Part shown: piece by piece, positions 48,637 to 59,483 of the stretch
Numbering within the stretch: the stretch's first letter is position 1
Layout of the letters: each line of letters begins with the position of its first letter
DNA from: Escherichia coli
Lineage (GTDB): Bacteria > Pseudomonadota > Gammaproteobacteria > Enterobacterales > Enterobacteriaceae
Reading direction: 5' to 3' (one strand)
Length of the DNA: 64,000 nucleotides
Assembly (NCBI RefSeq): GCF_044324785.1
Contig: NZ_CP172127.1
Program-made: the position numbers and the translations under genes
The notes under the pieces: model-generated
The model's input: only the letters and a program-made list of their open reading frames with translations
Told to the model about the DNA's origin: nothing
Database searches by the model: none

Positions 48637-49050
48637 CTAATGAAAAAAACGCGTATGCCTTTGCCAGACAAGCGTTATCGCTATTGCTGCAAGAATCCCA
48701 AAGAAGCCGATAAAATAGTAATAGAGTGTTAATGCACCTGTAACAGCGCAACGAACCGGACTCCACAATTCTTCGCTATGGCATTTTCCTGCCAGTTCAA
48801 GGAGCTTATTTCGTCCATGCGAGATAATGCCTGACCATAAAACAATCATTAAGCAACTTATTACCCAAATGGGCCGTTCACTCATTAATGCGGCATTCAC
48901 GATGATCACCAGGGCCAACCCTGTCAACGTCATCATAATGATAAAACGGTGAGAACCAGGATCAACATTAAATAATAAACCGGCCAGCATACTGATTAAA
49001 AACATCGCGCCCGCAGTGCTGAACACAAGGATAATGGCAGATACAGGAAG
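48637..49050 (-). pseudogene. ybhM: ybhM, C-terminal 137 codons, separated from its 5' part by an IS insertion
   Basis: (L)PVSAIILVFSTAGAMFLISMLAGLLFNVDPG...VWQRHTRFFH continues the BAX-inhibitor-1-family frame begun at 51113. The ORF-track N-terminus MGSLARQDGEQS is read-through from the IS end. Confidence 0.8.
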
Positions 49051-49240
49051 TGACTGCTCCCCGTCCTGTCGGGCGAGGCTTCCCACTTCTTAAGCCGCAA
49101 CCGTCTGTGTGACGGATTTATGCTGGCCTCCATGGGCAGAAACGACGAGTCCCGCCGCTTGTAATTCCAGTATGCCCTTGCGTTTGATGTTGAGCGCCGC
49201 GTTGATATCGCGGTCATGTTCAACTCCACACTCTGGACAC
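49035..49240 (-). ncRNA. Predicted TnpB omega-RNA (reRNA): a scaffold overlapping the tnpB 3' end and RE, plus a 16-nt guide read from the flank (49050..49035)
   Basis: Inferred purely from the established TnpB/omega-RNA architecture. The 5' boundary is a guess. The guide would be CUUCCUGUAUCUGCCA. Confidence 0.4.
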
Positions 49241-50259
49241 TGCCAGATGCGCTTACGTAATGGCATCTCCGACATTTTGTGACCGCAGCAGTGGCAGGTT
49301 TTCGAACTGGCGAACCATTGATCCAGTTTCACCAGATGCACACCTTTCTCTGCTGCTTTATATTCCAGTTTTGTGATGAATCCAGACCATCCAGCATCGC
49401 CTATCGCACGAGCCAGATGGTGATTTTTCATCATATTTGCCGTTTTCAATTTCTCGACAATTACCGCTTGGTTTTCGTCAACAATTGCGCGAGATAACTT
49501 GTGCTGGAAATCGGCACGGGCACTGGCTACCCGTTCGTGAACGGCTGCAAGTTGTATTCTGGCTTTGCGCCTGTTTGCGCTCCCTTTTTTCTTACGGGAC
49601 AGTGCTTTCTGCTTCCGGCGCAGGTTGCGACTTGCATTGATTAGGTGGCGGGGACTGGCAATTTTATTGCCGTCCGATTTGATGACAAAATGCGCCAGCC
49701 CCATATCCAGCCCTGTCACATTTGATATCAGTGCGGGCTTTGCCGGCGCTTCCATCCCGTCGTCACAGAGTAACGACGCGTAGTATTTCCCGGTTGCGCT
49801 GCGGCTCAACGTGATACTTTTCAGCATTCCCGTAATTTCACGATGTAAACGCGCTTCAATCGGCAAGATTTTCGGTATTTTTATCGCACCATCAAGGACT
49901 TTTATGCCAACACAATGATAGCTCGATTGTCTGCCGTGTTTACTTTTAAAGGTAGGTTTACCTGCTTTCAGTTTCGGATTGAAAAAGTTAGAAAAAGCCA
50001 CGTCGAGGTTAATTACCGCCTGCTGCAACGCAATAGAATCATATTCTTTAAGCCATCCATACCGGCGGGATTTCTTCGCCACTGCAAGCAGTGGTTTGAG
50101 GTCTTTACGCGGGTTTAAATTTACGCGGTGCCGCTGGTAAGAATGTTTCTTGATATGCAGAGCTTTGTTGTACGCAAAACGCACTGCACCGAACTGGGCG
50201 TTGATAAATTCAGCCTGTTCTGGTGTCGGGTAGATGCGTACTTTTGTTGCTCTTAACAT
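49090..50259 (-). CDS. tnpB: TnpB (IS605 OrfB-family RNA-guided RuvC nuclease), 389 aa
   Basis: RuvC-I GLDMGL, RuvC-II VIVEKL, RuvC-III HDRDINAALNI and zinc finger CHCCG...CPECG are all present, with no frameshift. Confidence 0.9.
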   Translation of the reverse strand: MLRATKVRIYPTPEQAEFINAQFGAVRFAYNKALHIKKHSYQRHRVNLNPRKDLKPLLAVAKKSRRYGWLKEYDSIALQQAVINLDVAFSNFFNPKLKAGKPTFKSKHGRQSSYHCVGIKVLDGAIKIPKILPIEARLHREITGMLKSITLSRSATGKYYASLLCDDGMEAPAKPALISNVTGLDMGLAHFVIKSDGNKIASPRHLINASRNLRRKQKALSRKKKGSANRRKARIQLAAVHERVASARADFQHKLSRAIVDENQAVIVEKLKTANMMKNHHLARAIGDAGWSGFITKLEYKAAEKGVHLVKLDQWFASSKTCHCCGHKMSEMPLRKRIWQCPECGVEHDRDINAALNIKRKGILELQAAGLVVSAHGGQHKSVTQTVAA

Positions 50260-50315
50260 AATCAGCGCTCATTGATATAATGCTTTTATTTTAACACTTT
50301 AGGTGAATATATCAA

Positions 50316-50741
50316 TTGAGTAATCATGATGATTTACTGGCGGGATTTCTCCGCAAACGACACAGTGTCAGTAAGCTGGTTGTGCACCTTATTTTTACGA
50401 CAAAGTATCGACGCAAACTATTCGACAGTCAGATGATCGCTCAGTTGCGTGAGGCTTTTGGCTCCGCTGCGGCAAAGCTTGAATGCGAAATTATTGAGAT
50501 GGACGGGGAGCCAGACCATGTACACCTGCTGGTGGCCTACCCGCCAAAACTGGCGGTCAGTGTGATGGTCAATAATTTAAAATCGGTATCATCACGTTTG
50601 CTACGCCAGCAGAACGCGCATTTACGTATGCAGAGTAAAACGGGGCTTTTGTGGTCGAGATCGTACTTTGTCTGTAGCACCGGAGGGGCAACGATTGAAA
50701 CGCTCAGAGCCTACGTTCAGAGTCAGTCAACACCTGATTGA
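50316..50741 (+). CDS. tnpA: IS200/IS605-family Y1 (HUH) transposase TnpA, 141 aa with TTG start
   Basis: HUH motif DHVHLLV and C-terminal catalytic Tyr context TLRAYVQSQ. AGGTGA lies 7 nt before the TTG. The hairpin AAAGCCC-tgc-GGGCTTT plus T-run (50747..50764) follows the stop. Confidence 0.85.
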   Translation: MSNHDDLLAGFLRKRHSVSKLVVHLIFTTKYRRKLFDSQMIAQLREAFGSAAAKLECEIIEMDGEPDHVHLLVAYPPKLAVSVMVNNLKSVSSRLLRQQNAHLRMQSKTGLLWSRSYFVCSTGGATIETLRAYVQSQSTPD

Positions 50742-50813
50742 TCTTTAAAGCCCTGCGGGCTTTTCGCCTTATATCCCCGCCCGCATTGGGCGAGGGTTTA
50801 CGGCGTTTTTCGC

Positions 50814-51113
50814 TAAACTTGCAACGACAATCGCCACCAAAGAGAGTAAAAACAGATATATTACGCCTGCGATGGCGGCATTTATCTTGTTGATATCCTT
50901 ACTTAAGCCATACATACAAAGTAATAATAACCCTATGGCGACATACATTGGTGGTGAATCATATTTGGTTGCCGTAATTTCGAGATACTTAGCTCCCCAG
51001 GCCAGTCCTGCGGTTGCCACCAAACCTAAAGCGGTAATGAGCCATATACCGTTTAATATCCTGGCCTCGTGCTGAAAATCTAATTTATTGCTGTTTTGCG
51101 AGTATGATTCCAT
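50814..51113 (-). pseudogene. ybhM: ybhM, N-terminal 100 codons
   Basis: MESYSQNSNKLDFQHEARILNGIWLITALGLVATAGLAWGAKY...IVVASL, after which the frame runs into the IS left end (AKNAVNPRPMRAGI*). Confidence 0.8.
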
Positions 51114-51318
51114 TCTTTTAGTTGTCCTTAGAAAAAACATTAATATTTACCATCAATAAATTTAAAGCCACGCATACAAAATACTTTTTTATTTATGGAT
51201 ACGGAAAACGCTTCCGCTCGCTCATAAGGCATATTTTATACCTGGTACTTGTTAAGTGTCGTTTTTTCGTAAGAAAAAATCCCGACACATGGCCGGGATA
51301 TTGATGGTGAAAAAAGAA

Positions 51319-52023
51319 TTAACGGCGGTTGCCGAAGATCCGCAGCAACATCAGGAACAGGTTGATGAAGTCCAGATACAAGGTTAACGCGCCAAGAATG
51401 GAATATTTGCGCAGGTTCGACGTGTCGCGGGTATCAATCTGCTCACCCATATTTTTCAGTTTCTGCGTGTCATACGCCGTCAATCCGACAAAGACAATCA
51501 CGCCGATGTAGGTGACTGCCCACATCAATGCTTCGCTTTTCAGCCAGAAGTTGACCAACGATGCCAGCACAATGCCGATTAACGCCATAAACAGCATATT
51601 GCCAAAGCCGCTTAGATCGCGCTTCGTGGTGTAACCGTACAGGCTCATTGCGCCAAACATCCCGGCAGTAACGACGAAAGTACTGGCGATAGAAGCAGCG
51701 GTATAGACAATGAAAATACTGGAAAGCGTAAGACCCGTCAGCGCCGAATAAAGCATAAAGAGCATCGTCGTCACACCTGCGCTCAGCTTTTGAATCATCG
51801 CTGATAACACAATAACCAATGCTAATTGCGCGATGATCAGACCGATTAAAAAGACACGGTTAGTGAACAACAGCTCCATCACGGCCGCGGAATTAGCCGC
51901 ATACCAGGCAACAAATGCGGTCAGCAACAAGCCAACGGTCATCCAGCCATAGACTTGCGCCATATAAGTTTGCAAGCCAGCCCGGGGTTGTACAATTGAA
52001 TCAGAACGTGGGAATCTGTCCAT
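51319..52023 (-). CDS. ybhL: BAX-inhibitor-1/YccA-family inner-membrane protein (234 aa)
   Basis: MDRFPRSDSIVQPRAGLQTYMAQVYGWMTVGLLLTAF... recognised as YbhL. Start trimmed from 52104. Confidence 0.9.
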   Translation of the reverse strand: MDRFPRSDSIVQPRAGLQTYMAQVYGWMTVGLLLTAFVAWYAANSAAVMELLFTNRVFLIGLIIAQLALVIVLSAMIQKLSAGVTTMLFMLYSALTGLTLSSIFIVYTAASIASTFVVTAGMFGAMSLYGYTTKRDLSGFGNMLFMALIGIVLASLVNFWLKSEALMWAVTYIGVIVFVGLTAYDTQKLKNMGEQIDTRDTSNLRKYSILGALTLYLDFINLFLMLLRIFGNRR

Positions 52024-52122
52024 GATGATCTCCTGAAGATATAAGGAATATCTTAAGGATACTGCAAAATGATGAGGCTGTGCATCGACGCAGCGTAAAC
52101 GCATGTACTGAGCGGTGAAATT

Positions 52123-52149
52123 GCCGGACGCAGCGGTGCCTTATCCGGC
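52123..52149. repeat. REP (repetitive extragenic palindrome) unit
   Basis: GCCGGACGCAGCGGTGCCTTATCCGGC resembles the GCCGGATG...CTTATCCGGC REP consensus. It lies between ybhL and moaE. Confidence 0.55.
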
Positions 52150-52159
52150 TAACAAAAAA

Positions 52160-52612
52160 CTACCAGCGTTTTGCCGCCTGCTGATCGCTCTCCCGAGCTT
52201 CAACCCAGCGGTCGCCTTCCGGCGTGGCTTCACGCTTCCAGAACGGTGCGCGGGTTTTGAGATAATCCATAATAAACTGCCCGGCTTCAAACGCACTGCT
52301 GCGATGCGCACTGGTGACACCGACAAAAACGATTTCATCTCCCGGCCATAATTCCCCGATGCGGTGAATCACCGTGACGCGCCCCAGCGGCCAGCGGTTA
52401 CGCGCTTCATCGACAATTTCTGCCAGTGCTTTTTCAGTCATCCCCGGATAGTGTTCGAGGGTTAATGCTTTGACGCTGTCGCCAAGGTTATGGTTGCGCA
52501 CCTTACCGGTAAAGGTGACTACCGCACCGTCTTCATCACGCTCCGCCAGCCACGGATACTCTTCTCCTACGCTGAATGGCTGCGGGCCGACAACAATTTT
52601 GGTTTCTGCCAT
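52160..52612 (-). CDS. moaE: Molybdopterin synthase catalytic subunit
   Basis: 150 aa recognised as MoaE. Confidence 0.93.
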   Translation of the reverse strand: MAETKIVVGPQPFSVGEEYPWLAERDEDGAVVTFTGKVRNHNLGDSVKALTLEHYPGMTEKALAEIVDEARNRWPLGRVTVIHRIGELWPGDEIVFVGVTSAHRSSAFEAGQFIMDYLKTRAPFWKREATPEGDRWVEARESDQQAAKRW

Positions 52613-52613
52613 C

Positions 52614-52859
52614 TTAACCTCCGGTTACCGGCGGGAAGAAAGCCACTTCGTCGCCGTCAGTCAGCGGATGGTCAAAACTCACCAGCGTCTGGTTGACGGC
52701 AGCCAGCAATTTGCCATCTTCCAGCGCCAGCGCCCAGCGATCGCTCTGCGCAGCCAGATGTTGGCGTAACGCTTCAACGGTTGGGAAATCCGCAGCCACT
52801 TCGGTTGCATCTGTTCCCACCAACTCGCGCACCTGGGCGAAAAAAAGAACTTTAATCAT
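52614..52859 (-). CDS. moaD: Molybdopterin synthase sulfur-carrier subunit (81 aa, C-terminal GG)
   Basis: [17 protein letters not shown]...FFPPVTGG. Start trimmed from 52922. Confidence 0.93.
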
Positions 52860-53337
52860 CCGCTTCCACCTTAAAGTCACCCGACTTGCCGCCGCTCTTT
52901 GCCAGCAAACGTACCGGACCAATCACCATATCTTTTTGCACCGCTTTGCACATGTCATAAATGGTCAGCGCCGCCACGGAGGCCGCGGTTAATGCTTCCA
53001 TTTCGACACCGGTTTTCCCGGTCAGGCGGCATAAGGTTTCTATACGTACCCGATTGTGCTCCGGCTCGGCCTGTAAATTGACTTCAACTTTGCTGAGCAT
53101 CAGCGGGTGACAGAGCGGGATCAGATCCCAGGTGCGTTTTGCCGCCTGAATACCGGCAATACGCGCAGTGGCAAATACGTCGCCTTTGTGGTGGCGACCA
53201 TCAATAATCATCGCCAGCGTCTCGCTGCGCATGGTGACAAAGGCTTCGGCGCGCGCTTCACGCACGGTTTCCGCTTTGGCGGAGACATCCACCATGTGCG
53301 CTTCGCCAGCGGCGTTGATATGGGTCAGTTGCGACAT
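52852..53337 (-). CDS. moaC: Cyclic pyranopterin monophosphate synthase accessory protein
   Basis: 161 aa recognised as MoaC. Confidence 0.93.
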
Positions 53338-53339
53338 AC

Positions 53340-53852
53340 TTATTTCTTCAAATGTGGATGGAAATTACACGGACGCGTACGGGCATCCAGCTGCGGCGCG
53401 ATGATATTTTCCCATGCGGTACGGCACGCTTTGGTCGAACCCGGCATGGCGAAAATCAGCGTTTTGTTAGCGACGCCCGCTACCGCACGAGATTGCAACG
53501 TGGAAGTGCCAATCTCTTCAAACGACAACATACGGAACACTTCACCAAAACCTTCAACTTCACGGTCGAACAACGGCAGCAATGCTTCGGGAGCCTGATC
53601 ACCTTCCGTCAGGCCAGTCCCCCCCGTAATCAACACCACTTGTACATCGTCGCTGGCGATCCACGCAGATACCTGAGCGCGAATAGCGTAGCGGTTTTCT
53701 TTCACAATGGCTTTATCGACAACGTGATGGCCCGCTTCTTGCGCCGAATCGCGCAGATAGTGACCGGAGGTATCGTCTTCTTCACCGCGACGATTAGAAA
53801 CCGTAAGAATAGCAATACGGGTCGGGATAAATTCAGTGCTTACCTGACTCAT
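53340..53852 (-). CDS. moaB: MoaB (MogA-like molybdopterin-binding protein)
   Basis: 170 aa recognised as MoaB. Confidence 0.93.
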
Positions 53853-53873
53853 CTGATCTCTCCTTTTGACGTT

Positions 53874-54863
53874 TTAGCCGCCAATGTACGATAAGTTTTG
53901 CGTAATACCGGTGTTGTTTTGATGCAGGAAATGGGTCTGTTTCTTCTCCCGCAGCGCCGCTGAAATACGCGCTTCCAGCGCCTGTTGCTGGGTATCGTCT
54001 TCCAGCAGATCGCGCAGGTTAACGCCGCCTTCACCAAACAGGCAGAGATGGAGTTTACCAGTGGAGGAAACGCGCAGGCGGTTGCAAGTGGCGCAGAAGT
54101 CTTTTTCATACGGCATGATAAGGCCAATCTCTCCGGCGTAATCCGGATGACAAAAGACTTGCGCGGGACCGTCGCTGCGTTGACGTAATTGGTGGATCCA
54201 GCCGCGACGCAGTAGCTCGTCACGCAGAACCTGACCAGAGATGTGATGCTTACGGAAGAGCTCGCTGCCCTCGCCCGTTTCCATCAATTCGATGAAACGC
54301 AGCTGGATAGGGCGATGCTGGATCCAGTTCAGAAAGGTGTCGAGCTGATGATGATTAACATCACGCATCAGCACGGTATTGACTTTGACCTTCTCAAAAC
54401 CGGCCTCAAATGCAGCATCGATCCCTGCCATGACCTGGTTGAATTTATCCTGCCCGGTAATGGCATGAAACTGGCGAGCGTCAAGGCTATCAACGCTGAC
54501 GTTGATGCCAGTAAGTCCCGCATCGCGCCAGTTCGCCACATCGCGTTCCAGACGGTAACCATTGGTGGTGACCGCAATCTGGCGGATAGCGTCGTTTTCC
54601 CGCACAGCGACGATGATATCGGTAAAGTCGCGGCGTAAAGACGGCTCACCGCCTGTCAGGCGCACTTTTTCGGTGCCCAGACTGGCAAAGGCGCGCGTAA
54701 CCCGGCGAATTTCATCGACGGTAAGAAAGCCTTTATTGGTGACGCCGCTCGGTTTGTAGCCATCCGGCAGGCAGTAGGTGCAACGAAAGTTACACACATC
54801 AGTAATCGACAGGCGCAAGTAGTAAAACTTACGCGCAAATGCATCAGTCAGTTGTGAAGCCAT
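53874..54863 (-). CDS. moaA: GTP 3',8-cyclase (radical SAM)
   Basis: [35 protein letters not shown]... carries CxxxCxxC. Start trimmed from 54944. Confidence 0.93.
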   Translation of the reverse strand: MASQLTDAFARKFYYLRLSITDVCNFRCTYCLPDGYKPSGVTNKGFLTVDEIRRVTRAFASLGTEKVRLTGGEPSLRRDFTDIIVAVRENDAIRQIAVTTNGYRLERDVANWRDAGLTGINVSVDSLDARQFHAITGQDKFNQVMAGIDAAFEAGFEKVKVNTVLMRDVNHHQLDTFLNWIQHRPIQLRFIELMETGEGSELFRKHHISGQVLRDELLRRGWIHQLRQRSDGPAQVFCHPDYAGEIGLIMPYEKDFCATCNRLRVSSTGKLHLCLFGEGGVNLRDLLEDDTQQQALEARISAALREKKQTHFLHQNNTGITQNLSYIGG

Positions 54864-54865
54864 GT

Positions 54866-55003
54866 ACACCTTTCCAGATACGGGAGGCGAAGTCATTTCT
54901 TCCTTCGCCCTGGTGGCAATCTTTACGAGCATTGTCACGGCCAAAGCACCGTATCAGTTGACCCAGGTGCAGAGGCTAGAGTGTTTAGTGGTTAAGCCGA
55001 TAC
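54866..55003 (-). ncRNA. Moco (molybdenum cofactor) riboswitch in the moaA 5' leader
   Basis: This is the long conserved leader directly upstream of moaA, where the Moco RNA motif is established in E. coli. The minus strand shows the paired segments GCCTCTGCACC.../...GGCGAAGGAAGAAATGACTTCGCCTCCCG overlapping the RBS. The extent is approximate. Confidence 0.65.
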
Positions 55004-55038
55004 TAGCGTGTAAATGAGATTTTTACCATCCACACTTT

Positions 55039-55062
55039 CGCTATGTAATCATGTATATAGCG
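55039..55062. promoter_or_regulatory. ModE-type operator CGCTATGTAA-N4-TATATAGCG upstream of moaA
   Basis: Inverted CGCTAT...ATAGCG arms with a TATAT core match the ModE site class. moaA is a known ModE target. Confidence 0.5.
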
Positions 55063-55199
55063 TCATGATCGTGCTATTTCGCTACAGAATAAGGGAAAAT
55101 GGCGGTTTTACTTTGATATACATCATCAGGAAGGCATAGCGTACATCGTCCTTTAGAGGTAGAAGAAAATAGTTTGTATCCTCAATATTGGCAGGTTAA

Positions 55200-56168
<969 letters not shown>

Positions 56169-56169
56169 C

Positions 56170-56198
56170 ACGAAGCCGGAAGAATATTCCGGCTTCGT
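56170..56198. terminator. Hairpin terminator shared by convergent ybhK and uvrB
   Basis: ACGAAGCCGGAA-gaata-TTCCGGCTTCGT has a 12-bp stem. Confidence 0.75.
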
Positions 56199-56205
56199 CA
56201 TCTTG

Positions 56206-58227
56206 TCACGACGCGGCAATAAACAACTCACGCAGCTGATGCAACTGGTCACGAATTTGCGCCGCTTCTTCGAACTCCAGATTTTGCGCGTGTTGCATCA
56301 TCAGCCCTTCCAGTTCATGGATTTTCTGCTGCAACGCTTTCGGCGACATATCCATCGGCACATTATCCGGCTCAACAATCGGTCGCGCTTTTCCTCTGCC
56401 CTTCGCTTTGGTTTTGGCAATGTTCTGCCCCAGCGCCAGGATATCGACCACTTTCTTGTTCAAGCCCTGCGGCGTAATACCGTGTTCCTCGTTGTACTTC
56501 TGCTGTTTCTCGCGGCGACGTTCGGTTTCGCCAATCGCTTTCGCCATTGACGGGGTGATCTTATCGCCGTAGAGAATCGCTTTACCGTTAACGTTACGCG
56601 CCGCACGACCAATAGTCTGGATCAACGAACGTTCAGAACGCAGGAAGCCTTCTTTGTCGGCGTCGAGGATCGCCACCAGCGAAACCTCCGGCATATCCAG
56701 ACCTTCGCGCAGTAAGTTGATCCCCACCAGCACGTCGAACTCGCCCAGACGCAAGTCGCGGATAATCTCCATACGTTCGACGGTGTCGATATCTGAGTGA
56801 AGATAACGCACGCGCTCGCCGTGTTCTTCGAGATATTCCGTGAGATCTTCCGCCATTCGCTTGGTCAGTGTGGTGACCAGCACGCGTTCGTTAATTGCCG
56901 CTCGCTGACGAATCTCCGATAGAAGATCATCGACCTGTGTCGCCACTGGCCGCACTTCGATAATCGGATCAAGCAATCCGGTTGGACGCACCACCTGATC
57001 CACCACATCGCCGCCGGATTTTTCCAGCTCGTAATTACCCGGCGTCGCCGAAACATAGATGGTTTGCGGCGCTAATGCTTCGAACTCTTCAAATTTCAGC
57101 GGACGGTTATCCAGCGCTGATGGCAGGCGGAAGCCATACTCCACCAGCGTCTCTTTACGCGCCCGGTCACCGCGATACATGCCGCCAATTTGCGGAATGG
57201 TAACGTGAGATTCATCGACCACCAGCAGCCCATCGGCAGGCAGGTAATCAAACAGCGTCGGCGGTGGCTCACCCGGTCCACGACCGGAGAGGAAGCGCGA
57301 GTAGTTCTCAATCCCGGAACAGTAGCCCAGCTCGTTCATCATCTCCAGATCAAACTGGGTACGCTGGGTCAGCCGCTGCTCTTCAAGCAACTTGTTGTTC
57401 TCCAACAGCACTTTGCGTCTGGCGGCCAGTTCTTCTTTGATCTCTTCCATCGCCTGTACGATGCGCTCGCGCGGCGTGACGTAGTGCGTTTTCGGGTAGA
57501 TGGTAAAACGTGGAATAGTGGAAACAATCTGCCCGGTGAGCGGGTCAAATAACGACAATCGTTCCACTTCCTCGTCAAACAGCTCCACGCGAAGTGCAAT
57601 GTCATCCGATTCTGCCGGGAAGATATCAATCACCTCACCACGAACGCGGAAAGTACCACGCTGGAATGCCTGATCATTACGAGCGTATTGCAGCTCCGCC
57701 AGTCGGCGCAGGATCGCGCGCTGATCGATAATCATGCCGACCGTGAGATGGAGCATCATCTTGAGATATAAATCAGGATCGCCCAGACCATAAATCGCGG
57801 AAACAGACGCCACCACAACCACATCACGCCGCTCCAGCATCGCTTTGGTAGCGGACAAACGCATCTGCTCAATATGTTCGTTTACCGAGGCATCTTTCTC
57901 AATGAAGGTGTCGGAACTCGGTACATAGGCTTCCGGCTGATAGTAGTCGTAGTAGGAGACGAAATACTCCACCGCGTTTTCCGGGAAGAACTCTTTCATT
58001 TCGCCATACAGCTGGGCCGCCAGCGTTTTGTTGGGCGCAAGTACCATGGTAGGGCGCTGAAGGTCAGCAATGACATTGGCAATGGTGAAGGTTTTCCCGG
58101 AGCCAGTCACGCCAAGTAACGTCTGGTGCGCCAGGCCATCTTCCAGCCCCTCTTCGAGACGTCGAATCGCCTCTGGCTGATCGCCAGAAGGTTTAAAAGC
58201 GGAATTCAGTTTGAACGGTTTACTCAT
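56206..58227 (-). CDS. uvrB: Excinuclease ABC subunit B
   Basis: 673 aa, [47 protein letters not shown]... recognised as UvrB. Confidence 0.96.
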   Translation of the reverse strand: MSKPFKLNSAFKPSGDQPEAIRRLEEGLEDGLAHQTLLGVTGSGKTFTIANVIADLQRPTMVLAPNKTLAAQLYGEMKEFFPENAVEYFVSYYDYYQPEAYVPSSDTFIEKDASVNEHIEQMRLSATKAMLERRDVVVVASVSAIYGLGDPDLYLKMMLHLTVGMIIDQRAILRRLAELQYARNDQAFQRGTFRVRGEVIDIFPAESDDIALRVELFDEEVERLSLFDPLTGQIVSTIPRFTIYPKTHYVTPRERIVQAMEEIKEELAARRKVLLENNKLLEEQRLTQRTQFDLEMMNELGYCSGIENYSRFLSGRGPGEPPPTLFDYLPADGLLVVDESHVTIPQIGGMYRGDRARKETLVEYGFRLPSALDNRPLKFEEFEALAPQTIYVSATPGNYELEKSGGDVVDQVVRPTGLLDPIIEVRPVATQVDDLLSEIRQRAAINERVLVTTLTKRMAEDLTEYLEEHGERVRYLHSDIDTVERMEIIRDLRLGEFDVLVGINLLREGLDMPEVSLVAILDADKEGFLRSERSLIQTIGRAARNVNGKAILYGDKITPSMAKAIGETERRREKQQKYNEEHGITPQGLNKKVVDILALGQNIAKTKAKGRGKARPIVEPDNVPMDMSPKALQQKIHELEGLMMQHAQNLEFEEAAQIRDQLHQLRELFIAAS

Positions 58228-58301
58228 GAGTCGCTACCTGAAGGAGTTGGGCGGGCAGGTATGTAATTTTACTCGTCGTACTTAATTATGCCAACAAATT
58301 A

Positions 58302-58321
58302 TACTGGATAAAAAAACAGTT
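58302..58321. promoter_or_regulatory. LexA (SOS) box of uvrB
   Basis: The minus-strand reading AACTGTTTTTTTATCCAGTA fits CTG-N10-CAG. Confidence 0.78.
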
Positions 58322-58623
58322 CCTCACCATAATATTTCTGTTACAGCGTAAACTCCGCTGTCAATCATGAGCAAAATTTACTCTGTGGCGAGATAAAACT
58401 CCGGCCTTACCGGGTTATCCCCAAAGCAACGGCTTTTTTAACATTTGTCAAGATGAGTGATGACAGTTTTATGGCAAGAGATGCCTCTTCAGTGACTGCC
58501 ATTGCAATTATCTAACCAGTTAAAAAATAAAAGATATTTCTTTAAGCCGTCTTTAACGCCAATTCGCGTGCAAGCCGCGTATTCTCTCGCTTGCCTCGTG
58601 TTTTCTAACTCTAATACACATGG

Positions 58624-58646
58624 TTATCCACAGGAATAGTGGATAA
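58624..58646. promoter_or_regulatory. Pair of inverted DnaA boxes in the distal uvrB promoter region
   Basis: TTATCCACA (58624..58632) and AGTGGATAA (58638..58646, reverse complement TTATCCACT). Confidence 0.5.
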
Positions 58647-58805
58647 CTGTCTGCAGCCCCTATCCCCCGCCGCCTGGGCAATTCCCACATTCATCGCATG
58701 ATGCGGAAGTAAAATTTTTTTCGTGATTATTTTAGAATTTAATTGGTTAAATTGCAGTCAACCGAAGACGCGATCTCGCTCGCAATTTAACCAAATACAG
58801 GATGG

Positions 58806-59483
58806 CTACAGCAAGGCAAGGTTTATGTACTTTCCGGTTGCCGCATTTTCTGGATTTTCTGCAAGCCAGGGGATCTCTCCCAGCAGCGGCGCGGGAATCA
58901 TGCGGGTGAGCGTGGCCATATATTCAGCGTGACGTTTTCCAGGAGGCGTGACATCATTCGCCACCCAACCTGCCAGAGTCAGTCCGGCGTGTTGTATTGC
59001 CTGTGCCGTCAACATCGCGTGATTAATGCAGCCGAGTTTCACGCCAACTACCAGTATCACCGGCAGTTGTTCCTGTGTTACCCAATCCGCAAAAGTGAAA
59101 GTGTCAGAAAGCGGCGTAAACCAGCCGCCAGCACCTTCCACTAACACCCAGTCAGCCTGTTGTTCAAGCGCGCGTAATCCGGCGCTCATTACCAATGATT
59201 CTATCGGCCTGCCCTCTTGTGCGCTGATGATGTGCGGCGAAGTGGGTTCTGCGAAGGTGTAAGGATTTACCGTTGCGTAATCCAGCTGCAGGCTACTGTT
59301 GCGCTGTAACGCCAGCGCGTCACTATTACGTAAGCCTTTCGGGGTCTTTTCGCTGCCAGAGGCGACCGGTTTATAACCTGCCGTCCGATAACCTGCTACC
59401 TTCGCGGCTTGTAAAAGTGCACAACTGGCGACAGTTTTCCCCACTTCGGTATCTGTTCCGGTGACAAAATAACGTTTACTCAC
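58806..59483 (-). CDS. bioD: Dethiobiotin synthetase
   Basis: (M)[27 protein letters not shown]... with a GTG start at 59483. Confidence 0.93.
   Translation of the reverse strand: MSKRYFVTGTDTEVGKTVASCALLQAAKVAGYRTAGYKPVASGSEKTPKGLRNSDALALQRNSSLQLDYATVNPYTFAEPTSPHIISAQEGRPIESLVMSAGLRALEQQADWVLVEGAGGWFTPLSDTFTFADWVTQEQLPVILVVGVKLGCINHAMLTAQAIQHAGLTLAGWVANDVTPPGKRHAEYMATLTRMIPAPLLGEIPWLAENPENAATGKYINLALL

Larger units (their letters stand above)
49051..50813 (-). mobile_element. IS200/IS605-family element of IS605 architecture (divergent tnpA and tnpB), 1,763 bp. The functional 'top' strand is the minus strand.
   Basis: Bounded by the two halves of ybhM, with no target duplication. Subterminal imperfect hairpins at 50775..50796 (LE) and 49057..49077 (RE) both carry CCTCGCCC on the minus strand. 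The junction is ambiguous by 1 nt. Confidence 0.8.
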
